DNA from: Paraphysomonas bandaiensis
Taxonomy: Eukaryota > Protista > Chrysophyceae
Reading direction: 5' to 3'
DNA: 64,000 nt
Assembly (NCBI GenBank): GCA_965644295.1
Contig: CBFFRP010000109.1
Coordinates: 62,001-126,000, forward strand
Shown piece after piece: positions 22,630-34,700 of the stretch. Below the pieces are notes generated by a model, which was not told the DNA's origin, made no database searches, and saw nothing but the letters and a program-made list of their open reading frames with translations. Numbering within the stretch: position 1 is the first letter of the stretch; every line of letters starts with the position of its first letter. The translations under genes and the position numbers were made by a program.

Positions 22630-25600
22630 TGGTAGCGGATGGTAGTTCTGAAGAGACGAAGGAGGACAACAAGGTGCTGAAGTTCGACAAGTATCAGGCG
22701 GAGGCGTCTGCTCAAAAAATAAGGATTCATCTGATGAAGAAAAATCGGAACCATCTGGGGTTAGAGCCGAAACCTGCTGGAGGAGGCAGAGCACGAGAAT
22801 TATGGCATGAGCGAAATGACACGTGTGTTGCAACGATTTGGGAGGCTTGTGAACATGACGCTGATGTATTGGAGGTTGCCAATCAATACATGGAGGCGAA
22901 GGCGTTACTTCCAGATGATGATCCCAATAAGGAAGTTTTGTCCAATGAAATGCTTCAGACGCTGGTGGATAGGTTTAGAGGGGAGTTGGGAAATGTACTC
23001 GAGAAGACTACAGCGGAATACCATAGCTTTAAAATTAGAGCCAATGAAAAGGTCGCTATTGGTATTGATAGGCTGAATGGGATAATTCAGAAGTTAACAA
23101 AGTTGGGACAGCCGCCATCCGAGGAGAGCAAGCTCGCAAAGATCAAAAAGTCCATACATACTCCAGAGCTGAAGGAGTTGTGGTTAGCTATTGCAATGCT
23201 GCCTAAAGCAACGACCACGTATCAGATAGTTAAAGACGCGTGCGAAGAATTTGATGAGGCTAAACGACAACTGGAGGAGTTCGAAATTGACAAACAAGGA
23301 GAACAGGTCAATATGCTCGGACCACAAGGAGGTGTGGAGAATGTCAAATGCTCATTCTGTATGAAAAAAGGGCATACTGCAAGTGTGTGTCGTGTCAAAC
23401 ACAAAAATAAAATTTTCCAGAAGTTCAAGCGAAATGGGAAGGCTAAAGCAAAGAATATGAGGAAAGGAGCGCAACAAGTGGGTTCAGAAGCATATACAGG
23501 GTGTTTTCATTGTGGTAGCAAAGAACACAAGGCTGCTGAGTGCAAAAGAGGGAACAAGAGGAAGATCGATAGAAAATATGAGAAAAAAGGCTCCAAGAAG
23601 GTTAAGAAGAGTTCATCAGTGGGGTGGTCCAAATATGTAGATGATGACGTTTCATCTGGAGAGGAGACCAACATGATAGGTGGTGAAGTACTTCTGACTG
23701 AAACTGGAGATGAACGAGTGTACCTGGATAGTTGTGCTGGAAAGCAGTTGTTTATCGTCAAGGATGATAGAGTGCTGGAGAAGTATGTAGAAGAGCCGGG
23801 AGTAATATCACTGACCAAAAAGGGATCGGCGATGGAGACCCAAGGAGTGGGAAGTTTTCAGCAGTGGCACGGCATCAAAGTATGTAACGATGCAGTGAAG
23901 AATATTGTCTCTGGAGGTATGCTGCGGGCTATGGGGTATGGACTCGAATTACTGAGAGTACCAAAAATCGTAGAATTGAACACTGGCAGAGAGGTGTTGG
24001 TTGGAAATTACGATGAGCATGGAGGAATGCCATGGGTGGCATTGCATGATGTGTTAAATTTACCTTGCATATCGTCCTGCCATTATGTAATGGGGGGGGG
24101 AAGCAGTGAAGTGATGCTGTCCGATACAGTTCAGCAGGACCCCCTCGATTTACTGCACGAAAGGGCCGGTCATGTTGCTAAGGGAAAACTACTGGAGGCA
24201 CATAGACATATGCTGATCAAGGGAACAGGGCTACAGCGACATCATTTATCTAAGACTACCAAAAAGAAGTGTGAGACCAGTTTGTGCAAGTGGTGTGCTA
24301 AGGCGAAGATCACTAGACATGCATTTCGAGGACAAAGTGACCAGAATGTGGAGATGAAGGCGACAGCATTCCTGGAGCGTATTACAGTGGACATTTCGGT
24401 TTATATGAATTGTCCATCTGTGGAGGGGTATAAGTACGCACTTGTATTTGTAGATACGGCTACGAAAGAATTCTGGGAATACGGTCTACGAACGAGAACT
24501 GGGGATGAAGTGTTAAAATGCGTGAAGCATCTCTGTGAAGTCAGGCTACCAAAATACCCAGGGTGGAACAGGATACAGCAGTACCATGCTGATGGTGGAC
24601 CAGAGTTGATGGACAGGCGAATCAAAGAATACTTGTTACAAAAATTTGGAACCACATTCTCCTACACTACTAGGGAGACACCAGAATTAAACGGTGTTTC
24701 AGAACGGAAATTCAGGACACTAGGAGAAATGACATTATCGCTTTTATTGTCATCGGGTATGCCAAAAGCGGAGTGGTGGAAAGCCTTTAGACATGCATGC
24801 TGGGTTCTTAGAAGATTACCCACAAAGACCTATAGAGGGTGGATGTCACCCTACGAGTGTGTTCCTGGAGGAACGGTGCCAGATTTTTCTTGGTTACGGA
24901 AATGGGGGTGCAAGGCGTATGTTCTCATCCCGAAGGCAGATCGCAGGAAAGACTGGGAAGAAAAGGCACAGACTGGATACTTTGTAGGGTTCCCAGAGGA
25001 GCAAATGGGATACCAAGTATTGATTGGAGATACTATAGTTACGTCTGTGCATGTTTTATTCGATGAATCTGTGCCTGAGAGATCGGCGGATTATTATCGA
25101 GAAATGGACGAGGCCATGGTTGCTGTGGATCCTCAGGAACGAAATATTAGAGACTTCGATTACTTAATCGGAAAGACCCATGAAGATGGCGGCCACCTAT
25201 ACAAGACCACACGAATATTGGTTCGAAAAGGTTTGATTGTAGGGTATAGATCCCTATTGTCTGGTGGTGCGGAGCAAGTGGAAGATAAGACTCCTATTCA
25301 CATCGCCGATATAAAGCGGATGAGTGAAGACCTTGCAACAAGAGCATCTGCAAGTTCTGGATCTCGTGACGACGGGACCAGCGGACATTTATCACAGCAG
25401 TTGACTGGGACGGTTCCATCCCCTTCTGACTTCGTAAGTGCTCCGGGAGAGGAAGCTCCATCAGATCGCTCATCAAGGGGCAGGCGTGCAAGGGCTCCAA
25501 GGGTGGTGACGAATGTGTCAGTTTTGGGTGAGATGCATTTATTGTCGTCATGTGTCGAAGACGAGTGCAGCCTATTACAGGAGGCAGATTCCATCTGGTG

Positions 25601-27248
25601 CTCGTCAGCGGGACCTAAGGTGCCTCAGACATATTCCGAATCCTTGGAGTTGCCGGAACGGAAGCAATGGAGTTCAGCAAGACAAGCTGAACGTGACGGT
25701 TTAGAACGTAGGGGAGTCATGGAAGTTAAGCCCATCCCTACCGGTGTCACTCCATTGAAATCTAAGTATGTTTTCGCCTTGAAACGCAACAAAGAGGGTG
25801 CGATTCAACGATATAAGGCAAGACTTGTGGTACTTGGATGCGGAGACCATGAAGGTGGCAGAGCCAACAATTATGCTCCAGTGGTAAAAGCGGTAACAGT
25901 GAGATTGCTTTTAGCAATCGCTTTTGTTATGAATATGGTGGTGCATCAACTCGACGTATCTAATGCATTTTTGTATGCAGATATACAAGGAGATGTGTAT
26001 ATGTATGCTACACCAGATTTTAAATTGCCACCAGGACACTGCTTTAAACTGAAGAAAAGTTTATATGGTCTTCGAAGCTCACCACGGTCATGGTATAAAT
26101 GTCTTAACAAGTTTATTAAGTCCTTACATTTTATATCATGTATACTTGACCCATGTTTATATTTTACACGGATCAGGGGTGAATTAGTTCTGTTAGTAAT
26201 ATATGTAGATGATATGCTGATAGCATGTCGAGATACGAGTATTATTTTGGAAATTAAGCGACGAGTATGTGAAAGGTTCGATATTACAGATATGAATGAG
26301 ATTGGCCAGTTTTTGAACGTGAGAGTGACGAGAACTCAGAATTGTCTCAAACTTGACCAGACAGTGTACATCAAAAAGATATTGGCGAAGTATGTGGATT
26401 TTCTGGGTCCAAGGGACAAGACTCGGCGATACCCACTACCTAGTGATGTCATGGATAGGATCAAAGTGGGAGTGGAACATGTGCATTCGACTGAAGAGCA
26501 GGAATTAGTTGACAATTTTCCCTATCGTCCACTAATAGGAGCGTTACTCTATTTATCTATGAATACAAGGCCGGATATATCATATGCAGTGGGAGTATTG
26601 TCACGATTCTCAACGAAAGTGAATATCACTGTATGTAAACTAATGATACATTTAATGCAGTATGTACGAGGTACTACGGAAAAAGGCATTCAATATAGAG
26701 GGAAAGATTTTGATCTTCATATGTTCACGGATGCTGACTGGGCGGGTGACCCGTTGACGAGGAGATCAACTTCAGGTTATGTTATGTTTGGAGCTGGTGG
26801 ACCACTATCGTGGGGTTCCAAACTTCAGTCTACTGTAGCTACATCGACTATGCAAGCAGAGTATCAATGCTTATATAATGGATTACAGGAAATGATATGG
26901 TCTCGGGGGGTGACTGGTGAAGTAGGATTGAAAATTGACGAGCCCACACCATTATTCCTGGATAGTCAAAGTGCTCAGGATATATCGGAAAATCCAGTGC
27001 AACATCAACGATCGAAACATATTGAGATTAAGTATCATATGATTAGAGAGCATGTGGATCCCGAACAGTTTAATACAGCGAAATTAATTCATGTGAGCAG
27101 TCGACAACAGATGGCTGATATATATACCAAGGCTTTGAGTGGTCCAATATTCATTGAACAGAGGGAGCGAAATCTTGGGGAAAAATTTAAGACTACTGCA
27201 CAAATTATCGCAGAGGTACCCAAGGTAAAGAGAGTTCGTCGTAACTAG
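22614..27248 (+). CDS. Copia Gag-Pol polyprotein (Gag-PR-IN-RT-RNase H)
   Basis: Two CCHC knuckles (CSFCMKKGHTASVC, CFHCGSKEHKAAEC); protease YLDSCA; integrase HHCC plus D/D/E (ITVD, HADGG, NGVSER); RT YKARLV, QLDVSNAFL, KSLYGL, YVDD; RNase H TDADWAGD, SKHIEIKYH. Confidence 0.98.
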   Translation: MSIVNMVADGSSEETKEDNKVLKFDKYQAEASAQKIRIHLMKKNRNHLGLEPKPAGGGRARELWHERNDTCVATIWEACEHDADVLEVANQYMEAKALLPDDDPNKEVLSNEMLQTLVDRFRGELGNVLEKTTAEYHSFKIRANEKVAIGIDRLNGIIQKLTKLGQPPSEESKLAKIKKSIHTPELKELWLAIAMLPKATTTYQIVKDACEEFDEAKRQLEEFEIDKQGEQVNMLGPQGGVENVKCSFCMKKGHTASVCRVKHKNKIFQKFKRNGKAKAKNMRKGAQQVGSEAYTGCFHCGSKEHKAAECKRGNKRKIDRKYEKKGSKKVKKSSSVGWSKYVDDDVSSGEETNMIGGEVLLTETGDERVYLDSCAGKQLFIVKDDRVLEKYVEEPGVISLTKKGSAMETQGVGSFQQWHGIKVCNDAVKNIVSGGMLRAMGYGLELLRVPKIVELNTGREVLVGNYDEHGGMPWVALHDVLNLPCISSCHYVMGGGSSEVMLSDTVQQDPLDLLHERAGHVAKGKLLEAHRHMLIKGTGLQRHHLSKTTKKKCETSLCKWCAKAKITRHAFRGQSDQNVEMKATAFLERITVDISVYMNCPSVEGYKYALVFVDTATKEFWEYGLRTRTGDEVLKCVKHLCEVRLPKYPGWNRIQQYHADGGPELMDRRIKEYLLQKFGTTFSYTTRETPELNGVSERKFRTLGEMTLSLLLSSGMPKAEWWKAFRHACWVLRRLPTKTYRGWMSPYECVPGGTVPDFSWLRKWGCKAYVLIPKADRRKDWEEKAQTGYFVGFPEEQMGYQVLIGDTIVTSVHVLFDESVPERSADYYREMDEAMVAVDPQERNIRDFDYLIGKTHEDGGHLYKTTRILVRKGLIVGYRSLLSGGAEQVEDKTPIHIADIKRMSEDLATRASASSGSRDDGTSGHLSQQLTGTVPSPSDFVSAPGEEAPSDRSSRGRRARAPRVVTNVSVLGEMHLLSSCVEDECSLLQEADSIWCSSAGPKVPQTYSESLELPERKQWSSARQAERDGLERRGVMEVKPIPTGVTPLKSKYVFALKRNKEGAIQRYKARLVVLGCGDHEGGRANNYAPVVKAVTVRLLLAIAFVMNMVVHQLDVSNAFLYADIQGDVYMYATPDFKLPPGHCFKLKKSLYGLRSSPRSWYKCLNKFIKSLHFISCILDPCLYFTRIRGELVLLVIYVDDMLIACRDTSIILEIKRRVCERFDITDMNEIGQFLNVRVTRTQNCLKLDQTVYIKKILAKYVDFLGPRDKTRRYPLPSDVMDRIKVGVEHVHSTEEQELVDNFPYRPLIGALLYLSMNTRPDISYAVGVLSRFSTKVNITVCKLMIHLMQYVRGTTEKGIQYRGKDFDLHMFTDADWAGDPLTRRSTSGYVMFGAGGPLSWGSKLQSTVATSTMQAEYQCLYNGLQEMIWSRGVTGEVGLKIDEPTPLFLDSQSAQDISENPVQHQRSKHIEIKYHMIREHVDPEQFNTAKLIHVSSRQQMADIYTKALSGPIFIEQRERNLGEKFKTTAQIIAEVPKVKRVRRN
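22630..22643 (+). promoter_or_regulatory. Copia primer-binding site (tRNA-iMet-like)
   Basis: TGGTAGCGGATGGT directly after the LTR end; resembles the complement of the eukaryotic initiator tRNA 3' end. Confidence 0.75.
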
Positions 27249-27383
27249 ATAGAGGTGAATGAATGGTGGGAGCTAGCTATACCAGCGGAGTCATACGTCC
27301 ACCAGTGTCCTATGAGGTTCGGTGGTTGCGTATCCGATAGCAATGTTCTTCACAAATTTTAGAATGGTTAACTACATCCAATT

Positions 27384-27392
27384 GAGTGGGAG
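27384..27392 (+). promoter_or_regulatory. Copia polypurine tract
   Basis: GAGTGGGAG immediately before the 3' LTR. Confidence 0.75.
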
Positions 27393-27745
27393 TGTTGAGT
27401 TCTGCAATATGATGTGATATATATTGTGCAATTGAAGTGAGTTAACAGTGTGCAATTATAGGTAAAGTCAACTCATAGGTGTAACGGGTGATTATAGTTA
27501 CAAAGGAGGAATTAAATTCAGTTACTGATGTGTGACTATACAAGATATAGAACTGACTGATGAACATATGATAAACAGATGTTGCTATAAGAACAGATGT
27601 TTCAACATATGTTACACGAATATGTAGTGAAGTGTTCAGAATAATAATCATAATTTTCTTACTTGAAAGTGCATTGTGTTCAACAGCAAGGTTAAGGCTT
27701 ACGTGTAGAGCAAAGTTAACTTCAGTGAAATGTCAATAGTTAACA
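27393..27745 (+). repeat. Copia 3' LTR (353 bp)
   Basis: Direct repeat of 22277-22629. Confidence 0.97.
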
Positions 27746-28016
27746 AACACAACGATGACATAATCATATAATCAGAGCATATATAACATATTCATTTCTT
27801 TTATCTTTCATTCCGCTAATTTTATATTTTCTTCGGTTTATATCTGCATATCTGCCATATTATGATATATATACTATAAAATTTAATAGAGTATTTGTTT
27901 GATAGAGTCAACATATGCTCCAACCCTACGCTGCGTGTGCTCAATGAAAATAGCCAACGGAAGGGAGCACTTTGTTGAGAGGAGCAGAATGTTAATTATT
28001 AATTATACAATTATAC

Positions 28017-28299
28017 CTGACATCAGCTGACTTCAAGATTTTGGAGTTTTTATGGTGAGCTCACCCTAGATGCTTGACTTCATGAGGCAGCCCAAACTCT
28101 CCGCATACCGTTCAGGTGGACCCATTCCCGGATGCATAATTATATATCAAGGTCCAAGCACATCTACACAAGTGACAGTTATTTGTTTCCCTTGTACTAT
28201 ACTATACACTAGCATTTGGCTATGAGTAGAGAGCATTATCTGCCACTTTAAACTTGGGTCACGTTGCCTTCCCAGAAAAATTCTCTCCGGTACTTATCC
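28017..28299 (-). repeat. Dispersed repeat family, copy 2 (diverged, partial)
   Basis: GATGCTTGACTTCA..GGCAGCCCAA, TTCAGGTGG, CAAGTGACA and GCATTTGGCTATGAGT match copy 3. Confidence 0.8.
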
Positions 28300-28740
28300 T
28301 TTAGTGCATAAGTCTGGCTATTTAGAATTGCTTATGTGTTAGTGTTTAGGCTGTTGTTGTACCCTATACGAAGAATTATGACCAGCAAGCAAATGCTAGA
28401 AGCTAACACACCAGTAATGTGTAGCTCGTAATTAATCAAGTTGTAGCGGTACCAAGTGTACTTCTTACAATCAATTTCGTGTTGCTCCAATTAGTTGCTA
28501 CACAGCCCATATATTGAGCACGATGACGGAAAGTAAATTGTTATTACAGGACAATACAGGCAATATGTACTAAATATTTGCATATTGGTGTGAGCTCACA
28601 AAAATGTGAGAAATAATCATCAACTAAGAGTAAATTCCCTCTAAATATCTACAACATAACATAAGTACTAGCACATACACTTCAGCTTATATCATTGATG
28701 CTTGCACATAGCCTAACATTGATATTGTTTAGGCACCTGT

Positions 28741-31700
28741 CTATGCAGGCGACTTTTTCTTATGTACCAGTCGTTGTGATGGCGGTTTGGGAGTCATGGT
28801 TGCCTTAACAACTGCAGATGATACATACTCCCGTTCAGGTATATCAAGAGCATCTCGTTGATCAATTGATGTAACTGGCATATGAGTCTGTGACACTTCT
28901 GGACGAGTGCTGGATGTGGAACTATTTCGATTCTTTGGACAATGAGTCTGATTAGCTGTGCCATTGCGACTATGAGACCTAGTGCAATCTTCGTTATTCT
29001 GATTTCTTATAGCTTCATTGGCAATATATATATCACGTAGGGTACGTGGACAATCAGATTGCCCGACTGTCCTAGACGTGATTGTTTTATCACTAGAGCT
29101 GATACTAGTTAATTTGGACTGAAGTTGGTTAGGAGTGTTCTTGTTCCGACCAATCTTGCTCCTCAGTGAACTTGGCATTCGTATTTCTGTTCCGGTGACG
29201 GAAGGGGGAGGAGGACAAAAGGGAGAAGCACTGACTTCAATACTATTTCCATAATCTGCCCGTGAGCTTGCATCAAAAACAGGAGTCTGCGCACGTGAGC
29301 GGCCATGCCCAGTGTCCATTACATACTCTTGCCAGCCACCTCCTGTGCCAGCCCAGTCCTCAGGAGTTGAATATGAGAAAGCTTTATCAAGCGAGTTCTT
29401 GGTATCAGGTGTCACTGCAATATTAGGGCCTTCAACAGGAGTACCACTCTTATTCGTGTCTACACGTTTAGGATGGCTGGACTGACTAGGATAAACCGCA
29501 TGAAAGCGACCACGCCATACGTTTCCACGGGTGCATTGTGCTTTTGATGCAACGCCATGCACTAACAGACCATTTCTACCGCTGCTGTCTGAATGATTTG
29601 GTTTGCTATCATTTGAGTAACTGGCATCACTGTTTTCATTATTTTGAGTGGTATGGACAATATCGACGGCAGTTACGGGCCTGATATTGAAATCATCCCC
29701 AATCGTTCCAGGGGTGATGTCGAGATGACCCTTTTCTGATGTATTGCTACTTTCTGTTATAGAATCACCGCCACTCTCGTCTTGATTCGTATCACGTAAT
29801 CCTTGTAAACTATGAACGGTTTGAGATGCTGTACTGGGAGCAGATATCGAATCACGTTTGCTATTATCAGCTGCAAATCGCGTTTTTTGACTATAGCGAC
29901 TGGCTACTTGACTGCGTGGGCGAGTGGGAAACAATTTCGATGACGGTTCTTTTTCAGGACAAATAAAACTCGTTTTGGCAAGAACAAGAGGTCTGGAAGA
30001 TGGTCCTACTGCAGTCTGTGCGCGTGGAGAAACTTGAGAAGCAAACTTTCGATTAGATTCCTTACACCGTTCTGGCGGAGAAGAATCACGATTGCTTGCA
30101 TTCGCCGTTTGGGCCCTCCCGGTAGGTATCCGTAAAACGGCTTTTTTACCCCGACGTGTAGACTTCTTCCTTATTGCCACATTGCTTTGACAAATATCTT
30201 TGCAAGTGTAAGGCACTGAGACCACGTTCTCGTTAGCAGAACTAATTTTCATTTCAGAAATGCCTTCAGCAGTGCTGCTTGTATGATTCTTTTGACTTGA
30301 ATCTAAAATTCCTTCATCAGGGTTCGAACGCAGCGTACTGTCCAAGGTTGATGACTCACTGACATTCATATGCTCTCTTTTTTCCACGTTTTCTGCTGCA
30401 GTGCTCTCTATCATTGTTGTGGAGATCGGTACTTGGTGTGAAACAACATTCATTGTGGAATTTGTCGGATCTATCTTTGTACTAAAGTTATAAACTCCGT
30501 TATTTTCATCACGGTCTTGATCTTCCATCAGATTTATCTTGGCACTGCATCTCGATGGCTCCAGTAGCCTTTTAATAGCTTCACTAATGACATTATTCAC
30601 AACCTCAGTTACACAACTTAAAATGTCAGCTGATCCAACTGTAGTCCACCATGCATCACTTGATTCTGCATTTGTACCACCTATTATTTCACTCCGCATT
30701 TCATACAACTCCTCTTTACTATACATGCCTAAAACTTCATCCATTGCTTCCATCAGGCCAAACGAATTAGCTAGATGGTCACTACTAGTACAGTACTCAC
30801 TGCCTTCTAATTTGCCCCCACACCATAATGTGTCGAATTCCCCCATCCCAACATACCCAGTGGCTATTGAAGTATATTCATTTCCCCACAGCTTTCCTCC
30901 CGTCCGCACTTGCGCGGCAGTACTATCAGAAAAAGAACCACCTTGAACTAACTCCTCGGTGTCACCTATACTACTGTCATTCATATCGTTTCCGACATTC
31001 GGTATCTTTCGTTTGTTCCTGCGACGACTTTTCACTTTCTTCTTTTTTCTTTTAAATGTTCTCTTTTTTCGTGAAATCTGCATTAAGTTCCTTTACCTTG
31101 GACATAGACATATATGCTCACTTACTGGTAAGCCTTCTGCAGAATATGGTAGTTTTGCGGTGTTCGCAAGATCGATAATATGTGTTTGAAGGGAAACAAG
31201 CTTACGTGTAAGTTTTCGCATCAACCTATCACAACTTTAGAAAAAAAGTGCCGATTAAAAATATATTAAAACCTATTTTGTGCGTGCATTTCATCGTGCG
31301 CCAGCTTATCCATGAGATTTTTTTCTTTCGGATTCTCCAGTTCCCGTAGTTTCCTTAGTCGTTCCCTTTCTGCAGTACGTCTTCTTTGTAGCTCGTCAGA
31401 GAGTGCAATGGCCTTCGCCATTTTCTTCGACATGTCAGTACTCCGTCGGGCAGAAACTTCAGCTCCCGCAGTAGAACTAATATTGCCATTTCGTGTGTCT
31501 GACGTACCGGCCTCACTTAGAGAATTTAAATCCGCCTCTTGATGTATAAGCTCATTCACAATAGGTTCTCTGTAGATATACATCATGTCATATGAGGACA
31601 TTAGATGTTTAAAAACTAACCCTTTTAATTTTTCTACTTCACATTCGTCGTAGATGAACTGGAAACACAATGAATGGAAGCATGACTATAAAACGTAATA

Positions 31701-34700
31701 CTTACAGTTGAATCTATTGAAACTTGTGAGGAACTGTCGTCACTACTTTCATCAGAAGTAGCACTTTCCATTGATATAGAGCTGGCTTCAGAGTCACGAT
31801 ACGTTACTACACTCATCTTACATTAGTTTAAAACTATAGACCTGGTATCGTACCTCGATTTCTACCCCATAGTCCCGTACGAATCTGTTATATAAAAACA
31901 ACACTGTCAACACAAGAAAACTGTAGCATGTGTGCAGGACCTCATTTCCAATATCTGGGTGCAGACGCGACACCATAGCCTCGAGGATCTTTTCACTTTC
32001 TAGTGCCCACTCTCTGCGCTGTTCAGCCAAACGTTTCGTAAGGTCTGTGCCCCGCTCTGTTGTTGCGTTCTTTCGCTTTGCATATCCTGTCTCCATTAAG
32101 TCAAAAATAAAATTCAGATCCTCTTGAAGTCCACCGCGTTTCTCAAGGGCAACCATAGGGCCCAGTTCGTCGTGTTTCTCGCATTCCGAGTTGTCTTCGT
32201 CACTTTCCACATGACTTCCCACAGAACAAGCAATTTCTTGTGCTGTTGAATCATCATCATCATCACCACCATGGGAATTATTGTCACTTTCTTTATTGGA
32301 CATGCTGCCATCACTTTCATGATCCCGACTACTACATATGGTTTCTGTGTCATCACCATTTTCGTTACACACATGTGAAAACAGCGCAGTGGTATCTTTC
32401 AAGACAATGCCTGTGTCACATTCTTGATTATCCATAATATGAGCTCTCGAGGCTATTGACGAGCTTGTGGACAAAGAGTCCCTTTTCTTCAGTGGTGAGA
32501 CTAATTCAGCAGCAAATGGATTGCTTTTATTTGATTTTCTTAGGAAGTTTGTTTCTTTCAAAGCTACAGATCCACCTTTTCTCACAGGAGAGGTAGAGCC
32601 GGACACCATCACGCCTTTACAGGCGGGTGGTGTGCTCTTGGATATTTCCATAGACTCAACTTCATTTGTTGGCTCAGTAGATATGTTCTGGACAACTTCA
32701 TGACGTGATGGGGAAAAGTGTTTAGGATTCAACTGTACAGTACTCTGCCGCCGAGTCTGATTTTCTATAAGTTTAATTTCATTATAAAAATATAGTTACT
32801 CTGCTGCTGTTCAAAAACCTGGATTCCGCTGCTGTTTCGAAGTTTTCACGATTCGCCGGTGTGTATGTCTCCTAATCACTGAGTCCACAGAAATAGCAGA
32901 CGGCTCGGAATGACTACAGTTAACACGTTAAACTAAACTATAGGGTGACTTAAAAACTAAAATTCCCCTTACACAGAAAAATTATCAGGATCATAGGGCT
33001 GATATTCGTTTCTGTCCTTACTTCTCCCAGCATGAGCTGGAGTGTCCTTAGTCATGACTGAAGATGACACAGCATATCGATATATGTCCTCTATAGGGCC
33101 AACAAAACCACGATTCTTACTGTACCGAATATTATTTGATCGATAAAGAGACTCTTTCAAGTGGTTATGTGTGCTAACATCATGTATTGTGAGCTGTTTT
33201 TCCTCCCGTGGCGACAATTTATCGTACATCAAACTTCGAATATAATAGGGGTCATCTCTCGCTATTGAGTGGTCTATTTTTTTTAGCAGTTCATTTAAGG
33301 GTCCTGTTGCTGCCATTTCTTTCTCAACAACAGCTTTTATGAGCATCTGAATATAAACAGCAAAGTAATTCATACGTTACAGGATATATAACACCTCAAA
33401 TGAGTACCTTTCGACGAACAATTTCTGTGTTGAGGGCACCTTCGTTTTCATCTACTGGCACATCAATCTCGACAGCTTTTCCATGCGCCTTCAACTCTAT
33501 CACGGTCTATAAACTTTTAACCACATGCTTTACAACTGTATGTCGTTACCTTGACTGCTGCAATAAACCTGCGAAGCACTGTAAGTTGTTATTTCATCAC
33601 ACCAGCAAGAGATACCTTTTCAATGCAGGGCGTTGGCTACACTGCTCGACAATATCAGACGTTGGAGCCTTCGTTTCAACTATACTCTCCTCAATATCTG
33701 TGCTGTCTCCACTAGGTAGGACCTCTTTCGGCGAAGAAGCTCGCTGCTCTACCTTCGCATTTACCTTTAGCGTCGCCGACTTTTGCATGTCCTCCGAGTC
33801 ATCAGCGAACTTCGATGGCGTTGCATTATTATTAACCCCGACTATAAACTTCGATTTTCTACGCATCTCGACAGGGCTATTCTTGACAGGCTTTCTTTTT
33901 TCAATCGTCTGTTCCCTTAGTGATGGCTTATACTTCATTCTATCTATTATCATAGCCCTAACGATTCAATTACTTACTACAAGCCATTGATCTCCATCGC
34001 CTACCTCGATTCAAGTTCTGTAGATTTTTTCTCAGCTTTCTTCCCAGACTTCCAAAGTGCTATGGCACCATCAAACACAAGAGGTAGAATGTATAGTTAC
34101 TAACCTACGATTCTTGCACGCATGGCCATTTGTCGTTCCTCAAGTGACATTGACATTTGCTTGCTCACAACACGTTTTTCACTATCAACACCATCTTCCT
34201 TGCTCACAGATTTCCCAGGAGCTATATCAAAAGTAGGTACGTTACTGTGTCGCCTTTCCAGTGATTTTGAGAAGTTAAGGTCAACTTGAGCACGCGGAGG
34301 AGCCACTTCCTGGGTAGGCGAGCGATTAGATAAATTTTCTGCTGATAGATTGTCGAGGACAGGTGCATCACAATTATTTGACTCGAAACTGCTGCTAGTA
34401 TTCATGACCTCATCAGTATCTATTTTTTGGGTACTACTACGACGGGCATCGGGCTCATGGCCAAGTCTAACTTCAGATGGCAGAACCTCTGCTATATCAT
34501 GGGGGTATTTGTTGGGACTTAATACTTGTTCTAAATCCAAGGTGCTATCAGAGTAGAGTGTTCCTAACTCATTCTCAGGTGTCATTCGTTTAGGAGTAAC
34601 ATTAGCTTTAAATTTCTGATTGTAATAGTACAAGGACATGTAAATCGGGATAATGAATAAGTATAAAACAGACCTGAGCCATTGACGCAACAATTCCTTT

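Larger units (their letters stand above)
22277..27745 (+). mobile_element. Intact Ty1/Copia LTR retrotransposon
   Basis: TG..CA LTRs at 22277-22629 and 27393-27745; 5-bp TSD AACAC (22272-22276 and 27746-27750); PBS and PPT present; single gag-pol ORF. Confidence 0.98.
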
